A stretch of DNA of 64,000 bases from Ignavibacteriales bacterium (lineage in GTDB: Bacteria > Bacteroidota > Ignavibacteria > UBA10030 > UBA6906), in contig JBBIRR010000001.1 of assembly GCA_037441705.1 (NCBI GenBank), positions 308,070 through 372,069 on the forward strand, in the 5' to 3' direction. The notes under the pieces are model-generated. The model ran no database searches and had not been told where the DNA came from. It saw only the letters and a list, made by a program, of their open reading frames with translations. The position numbers and the translations under genes were made by a program. This document shows, piece by piece, positions 1-10,101 of this stretch (the first letter of the stretch is position 1; each line of letters begins with the position of its first letter).

Positions 1-471
1 GAAAACATGGTCGACACGCTCCTCCGGGACGTGAGAAACAATACGGAGCGCATTATCTCGAGCGACGAGGAATTCATCGCCAAGCTCAGCGCGCTGATGG
101 CCTACATGGGCGGTCTCCTCACGCGTGTGGGTTTGCCCATGATGCAGGATCTTTCCCGTCATCGCCCCGATCAGTGGAAACGCATCGAGGATTTCCGTGC
201 ACGACGCCTCCCCGATGTCTTTCTTCGGCTTCTCCAACAGGGAATACGAGAAGGACATGTGCGTCCCGACTTGCAGAAGCGCATCTTCCTTCTTGCGTAC
301 ATGGCCGCCGTCCAACACATCATGCAACCATCAGTGCTGGCGAACGAATCGTTCTCGGCACGGGAAGCAATCACCGGCATCGTCGAACTGTTCTTTCAGG
401 GTGTCCTGACCGACCGCGGAAGAAAAGAACTTGCGCGGACGGAACTGCATCTCTCAACTCTTGCCCCATGA
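1..471 (+). CDS. TetR/AcrR family transcriptional regulator, 5' end outside window
   Basis: Frame is open from the window edge. Helical C-terminal domain with 'LLQQGIREGHVRPD', typical of TetR ligand domains. Sits directly before an efflux operon. Confidence 0.75.
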   Translation, partial: ENMVDTLLRDVRNNTERIISSDEEFIAKLSALMAYMGGLLTRVGLPMMQDLSRHRPDQWKRIEDFRARRLPDVFLRLLQQGIREGHVRPDLQKRIFLLAYMAAVQHIMQPSVLANESFSAREAITGIVELFFQGVLTDRGRKELARTELHLSTLAP

Positions 472-478
472 GGAAACC

Positions 479-1411
479 ATGCCCATAAAACTCTTGTGTA
501 TGCTCAGCTGGATCGTGTTGTTGTGGGGATGTTCCAACAACGACCGGAATGTGATCGAAGCATCGGGAACGATTGAAGGAACGGACATCACGGTTGCGTC
601 CGAAGTGGTCGGGAAGGTACGCGAGGTGCGCGTGCAAGAAGGAGCGCGCGTTGAGGCCGGCGACACTCTCGTCATCATTGATGATACGGACTACCGGCTC
701 CAGCTGCGTCAGGCCGAAGCCGGTGCTGCGGCCAGCGACGCGCAGTACCGCCTGGCGCTCGAGGGATCGCGCAAAGAGGATATCGCACAAGCGGAGGCCC
801 TTTACAAGACTGCCGAGGCCGACTACAAACGTATGAAGGAACTCCTCGCCGCGCAGACCGTCACTCAGAAGCAATACGACGAGGCGTATGCGCGATACGT
901 CGCCGCCGAGCAAACGTACCGGAAGCTTGTGCGCGGATTGCGTCAGGCGGAGATTGATGCCGCGCGCGCCCGCATGGAACAGGCCGCAGCACAAGTCGAC
1001 CTGCTCAGAAAGCGCGTGCGCGATTGTATCATCCTTGCACCGACCGCGGCGACCGTTACCCATCGCGTCGTCGAGCCGGGTGAGTTCGTCACCGTCGGCA
1101 CCCCGCTGCTGAAGCTCACCAACCTCGATCGTGTTACGCTCACCATCTACATCAACGAGCAGCAGCTCGCCCTGGTGAAACTTGGACAGCATGCCGCGGT
1201 ACGCACGGACGGTCTACCGGATCGCGCGCTCGACGGCATCGTCACCTACATTTCTCCGACTGCGGAGTTCACGCCCAAAAATGTGCAGACAAAAGAGGAA
1301 CGCACAAAGCTCGTCTTTGCCGTGAAGATCGAAGTGACGAATACCGAGGGGATCTTGAAGCCGGGCCTGCCGGCCGATGCAAGGCTGACGGGTAGTGTGC
1401 AGCACGAGTGA
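479..1411 (+). CDS. HlyD family membrane-fusion protein (YbhG-like), probable lipoprotein
   Basis: GAGG before ATG 479; 'LLWGC' lipobox-like; 'ASGTIEGTDITVASEVVGKV', coiled coil, 'AEFTPKNVQTKEERTKLVFAVK', 'LKPGLPAD'. Confidence 0.92.
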   Translation: MPIKLLCMLSWIVLLWGCSNNDRNVIEASGTIEGTDITVASEVVGKVREVRVQEGARVEAGDTLVIIDDTDYRLQLRQAEAGAAASDAQYRLALEGSRKEDIAQAEALYKTAEADYKRMKELLAAQTVTQKQYDEAYARYVAAEQTYRKLVRGLRQAEIDAARARMEQAAAQVDLLRKRVRDCIILAPTAATVTHRVVEPGEFVTVGTPLLKLTNLDRVTLTIYINEQQLALVKLGQHAAVRTDGLPDRALDGIVTYISPTAEFTPKNVQTKEERTKLVFAVKIEVTNTEGILKPGLPADARLTGSVQHE

Positions 1412-1438
1412 TGCCGCGACGATGGACGGAACCAGGAC

Positions 1439-2377
1439 ATGAGTGCGTACGCAATTCACGTCGACAACCTCTCGAAGACGTTCGGCGCGATCCCGGCGGT
1501 TGATGCCGTGAGCTTCACCGTCGAACAGGGCGAAATGTTCGGCATCGTCGGTCCGGATGGCGCGGGCAAGACGACGACGATTCGCATGCTCTGCGGCATT
1601 CTCACACCCACGTCGGGAACGGCACAGGTTCTCGGGTACGATCTGCTGAGGGAGCCGGACGCGATCAAGAAGCACATCGGATACCTCTCCCAGCGCTTCT
1701 CGCTGTACGGCGACCTGAGCGTCGACGAGAACATCGAGTTCTTCGCGGAAATCAACGGCGTCTATGACTACAAAACCCGCCGGGAAGAGCTGCTGGAGTT
1801 CACGCGCCTTACGCCGTTCCGAGAGAGGCTGGCGGAACGACTTTCCGGCGGCATGAAGCAAAAACTCGCGCTGGCCTGCACGCTCATTCACACGCCCCGC
1901 CTTCTTCTTCTTGACGAGCCGACAACGGGCGTCGACCCGGTTTCGCGCCGCGATTTCTGGAAGATTCTCCAACGCCTGTTGAAGGACGGCATCACCATTG
2001 TCATGAGCACGCCGTACCTCGACGAAGCCGAACGGTGCACGCGCGTCGCCCTGATGAACAAGGGCAAAATCATGCGCGTGAATGCACCGGACCGGCTCAA
2101 ACGCCTCATGACGGGTGACGTGGTAGAAATTGTGTGCGGCAGCGTTCGTGAAGCCTCGCGGCTCATCCAGCGCGACACACGGGTTCGAGAGGTGCAAACC
2201 TTTGGCGATCGCCTGCACATTGTGGTGGACGATGCTGCGCGTGACGTGCAGACCGTCGCGGCGTTGTTGCGTCAGCAGGGCATCCCGATCACCAGCACAC
2301 GAAAGGTTTCCCCTTCGCTCGAGAACGTTTTTATTTCTCTCCTTACTCACGAAGCTCTACCGGAGGAAGAACCATGA
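1439..2377 (+). CDS. ABC transporter ATP-binding protein (YbhF-like, single NBD)
   Basis: Walker A GPDGAGKT, signature LSGGMKQ, Walker B LLLLDEPT. Confidence 0.95.
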   Translation: MSAYAIHVDNLSKTFGAIPAVDAVSFTVEQGEMFGIVGPDGAGKTTTIRMLCGILTPTSGTAQVLGYDLLREPDAIKKHIGYLSQRFSLYGDLSVDENIEFFAEINGVYDYKTRREELLEFTRLTPFRERLAERLSGGMKQKLALACTLIHTPRLLLLDEPTTGVDPVSRRDFWKILQRLLKDGITIVMSTPYLDEAERCTRVALMNKGKIMRVNAPDRLKRLMTGDVVEIVCGSVREASRLIQRDTRVREVQTFGDRLHIVVDDAARDVQTVAALLRQQGIPITSTRKVSPSLENVFISLLTHEALPEEEP

Positions 2378-3762
2378 AACCCGACCGACATTCTTTGACA
2401 CAGTATCCTACGACGAGCGCGCTGATCCGTTGGCTCCTTCTTCTGGCCGTCGTCTGCCCCGTTTGGGCACAGCAACCGCTCGCCCTCGACGAGGCCATTG
2501 CCATCGCCCACCGGAACAGCAAGGTGCTGCAGCTCTCTTCTGCCCGCGTTAACGCGGCCTCCGCAAAAGCGCGCGAGATGTCCACCCTTCTGCTTCCTTC
2601 CATCATAGTCACCGCCGGTTACCAACGCTTGAGCGACGTTGATCCGTTTCAGGTAACGGTTCCCTTTCTTCCTCAACCCATCGTCATCGCTCCGACGGTG
2701 CTGAACAACTACTCGACGCGGGTCTCTCTTCAACAACCTCTCTTTACCGGATTCACATTAGAAAGTAACGCCGCGGCCGCCGATCATCTCGCGCAGGCAA
2801 GCGAGTTTGAGGAACAGAACGACAAGGCCGATCTGACGCTTGCCGTCACTGTTGCCTACTGGATGTTGTATCAGACGATCGAAACGAAGAGACTGATTGA
2901 CGAGAATGTTGCACGGCTGGAAGCCATCGAGCGCGACACCAGGAATTTGCTGCGATCGGGCCTGGCAACACGCAACGATCTGCTGAAAGTTCAGTTGCAG
3001 ATGAATACGGCGCAGCTTTCGCAGATTGACGCGGCGAATGACGTGCAGCTCGCGATGATGAACCTGAACGCCATCATCGGGCAGCCGCTGGAAACAGAGG
3101 TGCAACTCACATCGCGTCCGCTCTTTCCCGCGGACCCGGAGGCGAAGCCGTTCCGCCCGGAGGACAAAGAACGCGGCGAGCAAGCGCTGGCAGAGCGGGC
3201 CTTAACCGAACGGCCGGACATTTTAGCCATGCAGTCGCGCATCGAGGCGGCCAGGGCGTCCGTTCGCGCGGCACAGGGCAAATGGTGGCCGCAACTCTTT
3301 CTTACCGCCGGATACACGTACGCCCGTCCCAACCTCCGATACCAGCCGACGCGCGACGAGTTCAAGAGTACGTGGGATATCGGTGTCCAGCTCCAGTTTG
3401 ATCTGTGGACCTGGGGAGCGGCCGGCGATCAAACACAACAGGCTCAAGCAGCTCTCACGCAAACCGAGGTGCTGTACGAGCAGATGAAAGACATCATCAC
3501 GCTCGACGTCAAGCGACAGTGGCTTGGAGTGCGGCGCGCGGCAGAGAAGGTCCGCGTCGCGTCGCTGGCCATCGAGCAGGCAGAGGAGAATCACCGCACG
3601 ATGAACGACAAGTACACACACGGATTGGCAACCGCCACAGACTTACTGGATGCCAACGTGGCGCTTCTGCAGGCGAGAACGAACTACTCCGCAGCGTTGG
3701 TCGAACACGAAATGGCCGCAGCGCGCCTGCGCCGCGCCGTCGGCTCACAGACGGCACGATGA
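2374..3762 (+). CDS. TolC family outer-membrane efflux protein
   Basis: Signal peptide ending VWA-QQ; repeated OEP motifs ('GLATRNDLL', 'RPDI', 'GLATATDLLDA'); ATGA overlap with upstream gene. Confidence 0.92.
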   Translation: MKPDRHSLTQYPTTSALIRWLLLLAVVCPVWAQQPLALDEAIAIAHRNSKVLQLSSARVNAASAKAREMSTLLLPSIIVTAGYQRLSDVDPFQVTVPFLPQPIVIAPTVLNNYSTRVSLQQPLFTGFTLESNAAAADHLAQASEFEEQNDKADLTLAVTVAYWMLYQTIETKRLIDENVARLEAIERDTRNLLRSGLATRNDLLKVQLQMNTAQLSQIDAANDVQLAMMNLNAIIGQPLETEVQLTSRPLFPADPEAKPFRPEDKERGEQALAERALTERPDILAMQSRIEAARASVRAAQGKWWPQLFLTAGYTYARPNLRYQPTRDEFKSTWDIGVQLQFDLWTWGAAGDQTQQAQAALTQTEVLYEQMKDIITLDVKRQWLGVRRAAEKVRVASLAIEQAEENHRTMNDKYTHGLATATDLLDANVALLQARTNYSAALVEHEMAAARLRRAVGSQTAR

Positions 3763-3817
3763 GAACGGTAACGGCGCCATCGAAGGCAGATCACCTTTCG
3801 CCCACACGCAGCGACGT

Positions 3818-4765
3818 ATGAACGACTACGCCATCGAAGTCCACAACCTGACGAAGCGCTTTGGCGCATTCACTGCGGTGGATAACGTAAGCTTCACCGT
3901 GAAGCGAGGGGAAATCTTCGGATTCCTCGGCGCCAACGGCGCGGGCAAGTCCACCACCATTCGCATGTTGTGCGGCCTGCTTCAGCCCACAGCAGGCACG
4001 GCACGCGTGGGCGGATACGACGTTCAGAAGCAAACGGATAAAGTGAAACAAACCATCGGCTACATGTCGCAGCGCTTTTCGCTCTACGATGATCTCACCG
4101 TCGAGCAAAACATTCGTTTCTACGGCGGCGTGTACGGCTTGCGGAACGCCGAGTTGAACGAGCGGATGCAGTGGGTGATTGAGATGGCCGATCTCAGAGG
4201 ACGTGAACAGAGTCTTACCCGGACGCTCTCCGGCGGATGGAAGCAGCGGCTCGCCCTCGGGTGTGCAATTCTCCATCAGCCGCAGATCGTCTTTCTGGAT
4301 GAGCCGACCGGGGGTGTGGATCCTCTCGCACGAAGAAAGTTCTGGGAACTGATCGGGCAGCTTTCCGCCGAAGGGGTCACGGTGTTGGTCACCACCCACT
4401 ATCTCGATGAGGCTGAGTACTGCAACGACATTATCCTCATCAATGCCGGAAAGCTGATCGCCGCCGGCAGCCCCGTTGAGTTGAAGACCGAGCACATCAG
4501 GTACCCGATTCTTGAGGTTGGGGGTTTAGAAAAGAGGGTTGTCGACGCGCTGGAGATTATCCGCGAACAACCATGGGCGCTCGAGGCTTCGGTGTTTGGT
4601 ACCGCTCTTCACGTGATGGTGCAGGATGAACGCGAAGGGCAAACGTTCATCCGACGCGCACTGAACTTAGCCGGCATCGAGGCGGCAAGCATTCAACGCA
4701 TCGTTCCTTCGTTGGAAGATGTGTTCCTGTATTTATTGGAGCGAACGAGCGAGGAGCGTCCATGA
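3818..4765 (+). CDS. ABC transporter ATP-binding protein (second NBD)
   Basis: Start at MNDYAIEV; GANGAGKS, LSGGWKQ, IVFLDEPT, TTHY. Confidence 0.95.
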   Translation: MNDYAIEVHNLTKRFGAFTAVDNVSFTVKRGEIFGFLGANGAGKSTTIRMLCGLLQPTAGTARVGGYDVQKQTDKVKQTIGYMSQRFSLYDDLTVEQNIRFYGGVYGLRNAELNERMQWVIEMADLRGREQSLTRTLSGGWKQRLALGCAILHQPQIVFLDEPTGGVDPLARRKFWELIGQLSAEGVTVLVTTHYLDEAEYCNDIILINAGKLIAAGSPVELKTEHIRYPILEVGGLEKRVVDALEIIREQPWALEASVFGTALHVMVQDEREGQTFIRRALNLAGIEAASIQRIVPSLEDVFLYLLERTSEERP

Positions 4766-5895
4766 TCAAACGCCTGAAGCCGATCATCATCAAAGAGTTT
4801 CGCCAAATCCGTCGGGATCCGACGACGCTCGGCATGTTGTTGGTTCTGCCGACAGCATTGATCATCCTCGTCGGCTATGCGCTGAACTTCGACGTGAAGC
4901 ACATTCCGCTTGCCGTGTTCGATCAGAGCAGAACACCCGACAGCCGCGCCTATCTGCAGCAGTTCGCCCACACCGAATATTTCGACTACCGCTACAACGT
5001 CCGTTCGTACAGAGAGATCGAGGATCTCTTCCTGAGCAACGAGGCGCGGGTGGCACTCGTCATCCCGCGCACGTTCGCTTCGGACCTTGCCGCCGGACGC
5101 AGTACGCAGGTGCAGATTCTTCTGGACGGTGCGGATGCAAACAGCGCAGGGCAGGCCGTGGGGTACGCAACACGCATGACCGTCGAATACTCCAATCGGA
5201 TCACGGCGGAGTTTCTCGCACGCAAGGGACGTTCCCTGTACCTTCCCATCGACTTTCAGCCGCGCATCTGGTACAACCCCGACCTTGTCTCCAACCGATT
5301 CCTGATTCCCGGCCTGATCGGTTTCATCATCGTGCTTGCCGCGGTCATCTCCACAGCGTTGACTGTCGTGCGCGAGAAAGAGCGCGGCACGATGGAGCAG
5401 TTGATGGTCTCACCGCTACACCCTCTGCAACTTGTGTTGGGGAAGGTCATCCCCTACTTCTTCATCAGTCTGGTAATTGCAAGCTCGATTCTGATTGTGG
5501 GGTATCTTCTTTTTGATGTTGAGGTCAAAGGAAGCCTGCTGCTGTTGTACGCGGGTATCGTTGCTATAATTTTCGGCGGACTCGGCCAGGGGCTGTTGAT
5601 ATCGAGTGTCACCGATTCCCAGCAGGTTGCCTTCATGATGGCGGCCCTCAGTTCGCTGCTGCCCACATTTCTGTTGTCGGGATTTGTGTTCCCGATTTCA
5701 AGCATGCCCGTGTTCTTGCAGATTCTCTCGAATGTTGCCGTCACGAAGTTCTTTCTTGTCGTCGTTCGTGGCGTCATGTTGAAGGGCGTGGGTTTCGAGG
5801 CGGTATGGGATCAATTCCTCTACATGCTGATCTTCGCCGTTGTGACGCTCGGTATCAGCACAAAGCGGCTGCAGAAGAGGGTGCTGCACTCATGA
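4762..5895 (+). CDS. ABC-2 type transporter permease (YbhS-like)
   Basis: 'KEFRQIRRD', 'WYNPDL', 'VREKERGTMEQLMVSP', multiple TM helices. Confidence 0.93.
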   Translation: MIKRLKPIIIKEFRQIRRDPTTLGMLLVLPTALIILVGYALNFDVKHIPLAVFDQSRTPDSRAYLQQFAHTEYFDYRYNVRSYREIEDLFLSNEARVALVIPRTFASDLAAGRSTQVQILLDGADANSAGQAVGYATRMTVEYSNRITAEFLARKGRSLYLPIDFQPRIWYNPDLVSNRFLIPGLIGFIIVLAAVISTALTVVREKERGTMEQLMVSPLHPLQLVLGKVIPYFFISLVIASSILIVGYLLFDVEVKGSLLLLYAGIVAIIFGGLGQGLLISSVTDSQQVAFMMAALSSLLPTFLLSGFVFPISSMPVFLQILSNVAVTKFFLVVVRGVMLKGVGFEAVWDQFLYMLIFAVVTLGISTKRLQKRVLHS

Positions 5896-7028
5896 AAGAT
5901 TCTTTCCACATCATTTTCGAGATCATCAAGAAGGAATTCTACCAAATCCGGCAGGACAAACGCATGCTCGGCGTGTCGATCGTTGCGCCCATTCTGCAGG
6001 TGTTTCTCCTCGGTTACGCAGCGACCACCGATATCAAGAACAGCACGATGGTAGTATGCGACATGGACCGAACCGCCGAGAGCAGAACGTTTGTGGAAAG
6101 CTTCACGACGTCGGGATATTTCATTCCCCTCTATTCCGTACAGAAGCCCGACGAAGCGACGCGCTACATCGAGGAGGCCAAGGCGAACATCATTCTGGTC
6201 ATTCCCAGGGGTTTTGCGCGCAAGCTGTTCGGCCGCGAACAGGCGCAGGTGCAAGTTGTCCTCGACGGCACCGATGCGAACACGGCGAACATTCTGCTCA
6301 CGTACGCAACGCAGATTGTCACCTCCTACGGGCGGAGGGTGGTAGCAAAGTATTCCACGCTGCCGTCGGGTATGAGCGTGCCGCAAATCCTGCCCGAGCC
6401 GCGCGTCTGGTTCAACCCCGATCTCAAGAGCGCAAACTACATGGTGCCCGGCGTTGTTGCCATGGTGCTGATGATAATCACGATGACGCTCACCTCCGTC
6501 GGCGTCGTGAAAGAGCGAGAGGTCGGCACGCTGGAGCAGATTCTCGTCACCCCGATCAAACCGCACGAGTTCATCCTCGGCAAGCTGATGCCGTTTGTTG
6601 TGATCGGGTTCGTGGATACGTTGCTGGTTCTCGCCGTTGCACGATACTGGTTTGAGATTCCGTTGGCGGGCAGTCTTGTACTGTTATTTGCATTGAGCGC
6701 CATCTTCATCCTCACCACGCTCGGCCTCGGGCTGTTCATTTCCACGATTGCAAGGTCGCAGGGCCAGGCGATGATGATTGCGCAGTTCTTCTTCTTCATG
6801 CCGTTCATTTTTCTTTCCGGGTTTACGTTCCCCATTGCAAACATGCCCGGCTGGATTCAGCTTCTCACGTACCTGATACCGCTTCGCTATTTCCTCGAAA
6901 TCGTACGCGGCATTTTTTTGAAGGGCACGGACCTTTCGCATCTCTGGCCGCAGGCCGCTGCACTGCTTGCTTTTGGAATCATCATTTTGAGCTTGAGCGT
7001 AAAGCGATTCCGGCAGACGCTGGAGTAG
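5892..7028 (+). CDS. ABC-2 type transporter permease (YbhR-like)
   Basis: ATGA overlap at 5892; 'KEFYQIRQD', 'WFNPDL', 'VKEREVGTLEQILVTP'. Confidence 0.93.
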   Translation: MKDSFHIIFEIIKKEFYQIRQDKRMLGVSIVAPILQVFLLGYAATTDIKNSTMVVCDMDRTAESRTFVESFTTSGYFIPLYSVQKPDEATRYIEEAKANIILVIPRGFARKLFGREQAQVQVVLDGTDANTANILLTYATQIVTSYGRRVVAKYSTLPSGMSVPQILPEPRVWFNPDLKSANYMVPGVVAMVLMIITMTLTSVGVVKEREVGTLEQILVTPIKPHEFILGKLMPFVVIGFVDTLLVLAVARYWFEIPLAGSLVLLFALSAIFILTTLGLGLFISTIARSQGQAMMIAQFFFFMPFIFLSGFTFPIANMPGWIQLLTYLIPLRYFLEIVRGIFLKGTDLSHLWPQAAALLAFGIIILSLSVKRFRQTLE

Positions 7029-7086
7029 GCGGCCCCTTCCCCGCCCCCGCGGGCTTCATGTAGAGCTTTGATTCCGGATCATCCGG

Positions 7087-7115
7087 TTGCAAATCTCCAA
7101 TCTCTTCTCTATCTT
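7087..7115 (+). promoter_or_regulatory. Putative sigma70 promoter for the kinase-like/phosphoesterase/Omp85 operon
   Basis: TTGCAA-17 nt-TATCTT, about 48 nt upstream of ATG 7163. Confidence 0.55.
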
Positions 7116-7162
7116 TGACCGTCGCTAACAGGGGATTCATCACTGTTACAGCCGTTCTTCGC

Positions 7163-8770
7163 ATGACCGACCAGCGCCGCTTGTTGGTAACGTTGAGTCT
7201 CTTGCTCATTGTTTCGGGCTGCGGCATCACCGTGTACGAAGCCGGCATCCCCCGCACGCCGATCGTTGACCCGCCCTCTGATCGTTCTCCACTGCCTGAT
7301 TCGGTGACTGTTATTCCCGGACCCGAATACGAAGCCGGATGGTTTCACCGACTTCTGTTCGGTCAGCACTATCGTGATTTGTGGGCAACGCCCATAAAAG
7401 TGAAGGTGCTCGACCTGAGCGGTCTCACGCCGGTGAAAATGGGCGGCGGCTATCAAACCAAATCGCTGCGCCTGAAAGCCGACAACGGCAAGATGTATGT
7501 GTTCCGGTCGGTCAACAAAGACCCGCGACGAGTGCTGCCGCTGGACCTGCAGGATACATTTGCCGCCAATGTTGTGCAGGATCAGATCAGTTCGTCCAAT
7601 CCGGCTGGAGCGCTGGTGGTGAATGTTCTGGCCGACGCCCTCGGCGTGCTGCACCCGAAACCGACTCTGGTTCTCATGCCCGACGATGAACGCCTGGGCG
7701 AGTATCGCGACGATTTCGCCGGCATTCTCGGCATCCTCGAAGACTATCCGACCGAAGGCGAGGGAAATACACCCGGCTTCGCCGGATCGGACAAGATCGT
7801 CGGCACCATCAAGTTGTTCGAAACACTCGAGAAGGATAACGACAACGAGGTGAACGCCGAGGCGCTGCTCACGGCGCGCTTGCTCGATGTGTTTGTGGGA
7901 GATTGGGATCGCCACCTCGATCAATGGCGATGGGCACGCTTCAAAGAGGACGGACGTTCTGTGTGGTATCCCATTCCGCGCGACCGCGATCAGGCGTTCG
8001 CTCGCTTCGACGGCCTGCTTCCCGGCATCGCGGAAATGTCCGTGACGCAGTTCGAGAACTTCGATCATCGCTTCAGTGATATCACGAGTCTCACTTTCTC
8101 CGGCCGATACGTGGATCGTCGTCTCCTCGTCTCACTCGATCGGCAGGCATGGGACCGCATCGCCGACAGCATTGTGCGGAGACTGACGGATGAGGTCATC
8201 GAACGAGCCGTGGCGAATCTCCCGCCGGAATTCTACACAAAGCGAGGAGCGTGGCTGGCGCAGGCCCTGAAGAGTCGACGCGCCGGCCTGAAGAAAGCCG
8301 CTGCGGTGTACTATGAGCTTGTCTCGGACTACGTGGATGTCCATTTCAGCGATGATCCGGAGGATGTGGACATCCGCCGAATTGATAATGAGCGCGTAGA
8401 GGTGATTGCGTACAAGCGCAAGAAGGGATCGGGCGAGCGCGGCAGAGAACTCTACCGACGGACGTTTCTGCGAAACGAAACGGAAGAGATTCGCGTCTAT
8501 CTTCACGGCGGTGACGATCAGTGTCATGTGGAAGGCGAAGTTCGTTCCAGCATCGTGGTGCGGGTGATCGGCGGGGGCGGCGATGATCGCTTTGTGGACG
8601 AGTCACATGTACGCGGCATGCTCTGGGGTTTTATCCCCTTCATTCCGCGAGCAGAGCGCTGTACCTACTTCTACGATCATGAAGGAACGAATACGATCGT
8701 TGCAGGATCAAGTTGTGTGGTTGACCGGAGTACGTACGAGCCGCCTCCTGCGGGCCTGAGGCAGTACTGA
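7163..8770 (+). CDS. Exported lipoprotein with atypical kinase-like motifs (resembles central region of metallophosphoesterase-Omp85 fusion proteins)
   Basis: Lipobox 'LIVSG-C'; Gly-rich 'GGGYQTKSLRL', 'YVFRSVNKD', 'GDWDRHLDQW', 'PIPRDRDQAF'; late 'LHGGDD' and 'VIGGGGDD' motifs. Confidence 0.7.
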   Translation: MTDQRRLLVTLSLLLIVSGCGITVYEAGIPRTPIVDPPSDRSPLPDSVTVIPGPEYEAGWFHRLLFGQHYRDLWATPIKVKVLDLSGLTPVKMGGGYQTKSLRLKADNGKMYVFRSVNKDPRRVLPLDLQDTFAANVVQDQISSSNPAGALVVNVLADALGVLHPKPTLVLMPDDERLGEYRDDFAGILGILEDYPTEGEGNTPGFAGSDKIVGTIKLFETLEKDNDNEVNAEALLTARLLDVFVGDWDRHLDQWRWARFKEDGRSVWYPIPRDRDQAFARFDGLLPGIAEMSVTQFENFDHRFSDITSLTFSGRYVDRRLLVSLDRQAWDRIADSIVRRLTDEVIERAVANLPPEFYTKRGAWLAQALKSRRAGLKKAAAVYYELVSDYVDVHFSDDPEDVDIRRIDNERVEVIAYKRKKGSGERGRELYRRTFLRNETEEIRVYLHGGDDQCHVEGEVRSSIVVRVIGGGGDDRFVDESHVRGMLWGFIPFIPRAERCTYFYDHEGTNTIVAGSSCVVDRSTYEPPPAGLRQY

Positions 8771-8853
8771 CGAACCCTTCCCCGCACACCGAAGGGATAC
8801 ACTAAGCGAACAACTCACGACGATCGCGAATGATGACTCCGACATCCTTACGT

Positions 8854-10101
8854 ATGAGCAGAAGCTCTTTGTATATCTTCCTCCTCGTTGCCTACGCCGG
8901 CTGCTCGCAGAACGAATCGCTCCACGAGCGCAGACGCATGCTCACAGTCGTTGCCATCGGTGACGCAGGAGAGGGAGGCTCGACTCTGCGCGCCAATGCC
9001 GCGCTGGTCAACGATATGTACAGCGGCCGCCATAACGGCGGCGCGCCGGAGGTCATGCTCTTTCTGGGCGACAACTTTTACCCGATCGGACTCAATGTGC
9101 CGAACGACGAGGTGGAGTCGCTCGTCCATAGCATTCTCGGTCCATTTCGCCCGACATTCGAGGGCCTGGGGCGATCGAACGTTCACGCTCTCGCCGGCAA
9201 TCATGACTACTATGCTCGCAACGCTATTGACAAGTCTATTCTGTTCGGCCTCATTAGCGTGACTGCCGGGTCCATCGGCCTGAGTGATCGCGGCAACCAG
9301 AGAAGTCGTGAGATCGAGTGGTGGACGTATTACGCGGGCATGCCCGCTGACGCGGTATATCCTGTCAGCGCCGACTCGCAGGATAGTGTGCAGTTCATCT
9401 TCTATGATTCGGCCTTGCCCCTGCGAACCGAGCCGGCTACGTGGCGTCCTGCACTCGATAGCCTTCGTCGCCTGCTTGTCCGTTCTGCCGCGCGGAAGGG
9501 GATCGTGTGGCGCGTCCTGTGCCAGCATCACCCCTGGTTTTCCGTAGGAGAGCACGCCGGCTATTCCATGTGGGATGACGAGTCTCGAACGGTCGCCTTT
9601 CTTCCCAATTGCGACAAGGACTCGAACGCCGTTCAGTGGTTCTTGAACTCGTTCGATCCCGAAGATCTCTGCGCGGAAAAATATCAGGCACAGCTCGATT
9701 CACTCCGGTCGGTGATTCGCACAAGCGGAGCCAAGATTCAGTTCACGCTCACGGGGCACGATCATTCGCTTCAACTCCTTTCCTATCCTGATGGGGAAGG
9801 CAACTGCACTGATTGCCCGACGCTTCACATTATCTCCGGAGCGGGATCGCATCCTTCCATCGTCAAGCTTCCCGCCCCGCCGCGAGAATTCACGTCTTCT
9901 CAACCGTCTCAGAAGGGACGATCACATGCAGGGTTTGCGCAATTGCAGTTCAGTCCGGAGACCGTACGCGTCGTGTTCTTCAGCGCCTCGGATGGCGAAA
10001 CAATTGATATGGGAGGGGGCATGAGAGAGTTCTATATTGATCGGAGCGGCCGCCTGATGCAGGGAATGCCGCACGAGGAGAACCACGGCTATGCGCGCTG
10101 A
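8854..10101 (+). CDS. Calcineurin-like metallophosphoesterase (purple acid phosphatase type), probable lipoprotein; alternative start 8830
   Basis: Motifs IGDAG, LGDNFY, GNHDY, QHHP, GHDH; 'VAYAG-C' lipobox-like. Confidence 0.88.
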   Translation: MSRSSLYIFLLVAYAGCSQNESLHERRRMLTVVAIGDAGEGGSTLRANAALVNDMYSGRHNGGAPEVMLFLGDNFYPIGLNVPNDEVESLVHSILGPFRPTFEGLGRSNVHALAGNHDYYARNAIDKSILFGLISVTAGSIGLSDRGNQRSREIEWWTYYAGMPADAVYPVSADSQDSVQFIFYDSALPLRTEPATWRPALDSLRRLLVRSAARKGIVWRVLCQHHPWFSVGEHAGYSMWDDESRTVAFLPNCDKDSNAVQWFLNSFDPEDLCAEKYQAQLDSLRSVIRTSGAKIQFTLTGHDHSLQLLSYPDGEGNCTDCPTLHIISGAGSHPSIVKLPAPPREFTSSQPSQKGRSHAGFAQLQFSPETVRVVFFSASDGETIDMGGGMREFYIDRSGRLMQGMPHEENHGYAR

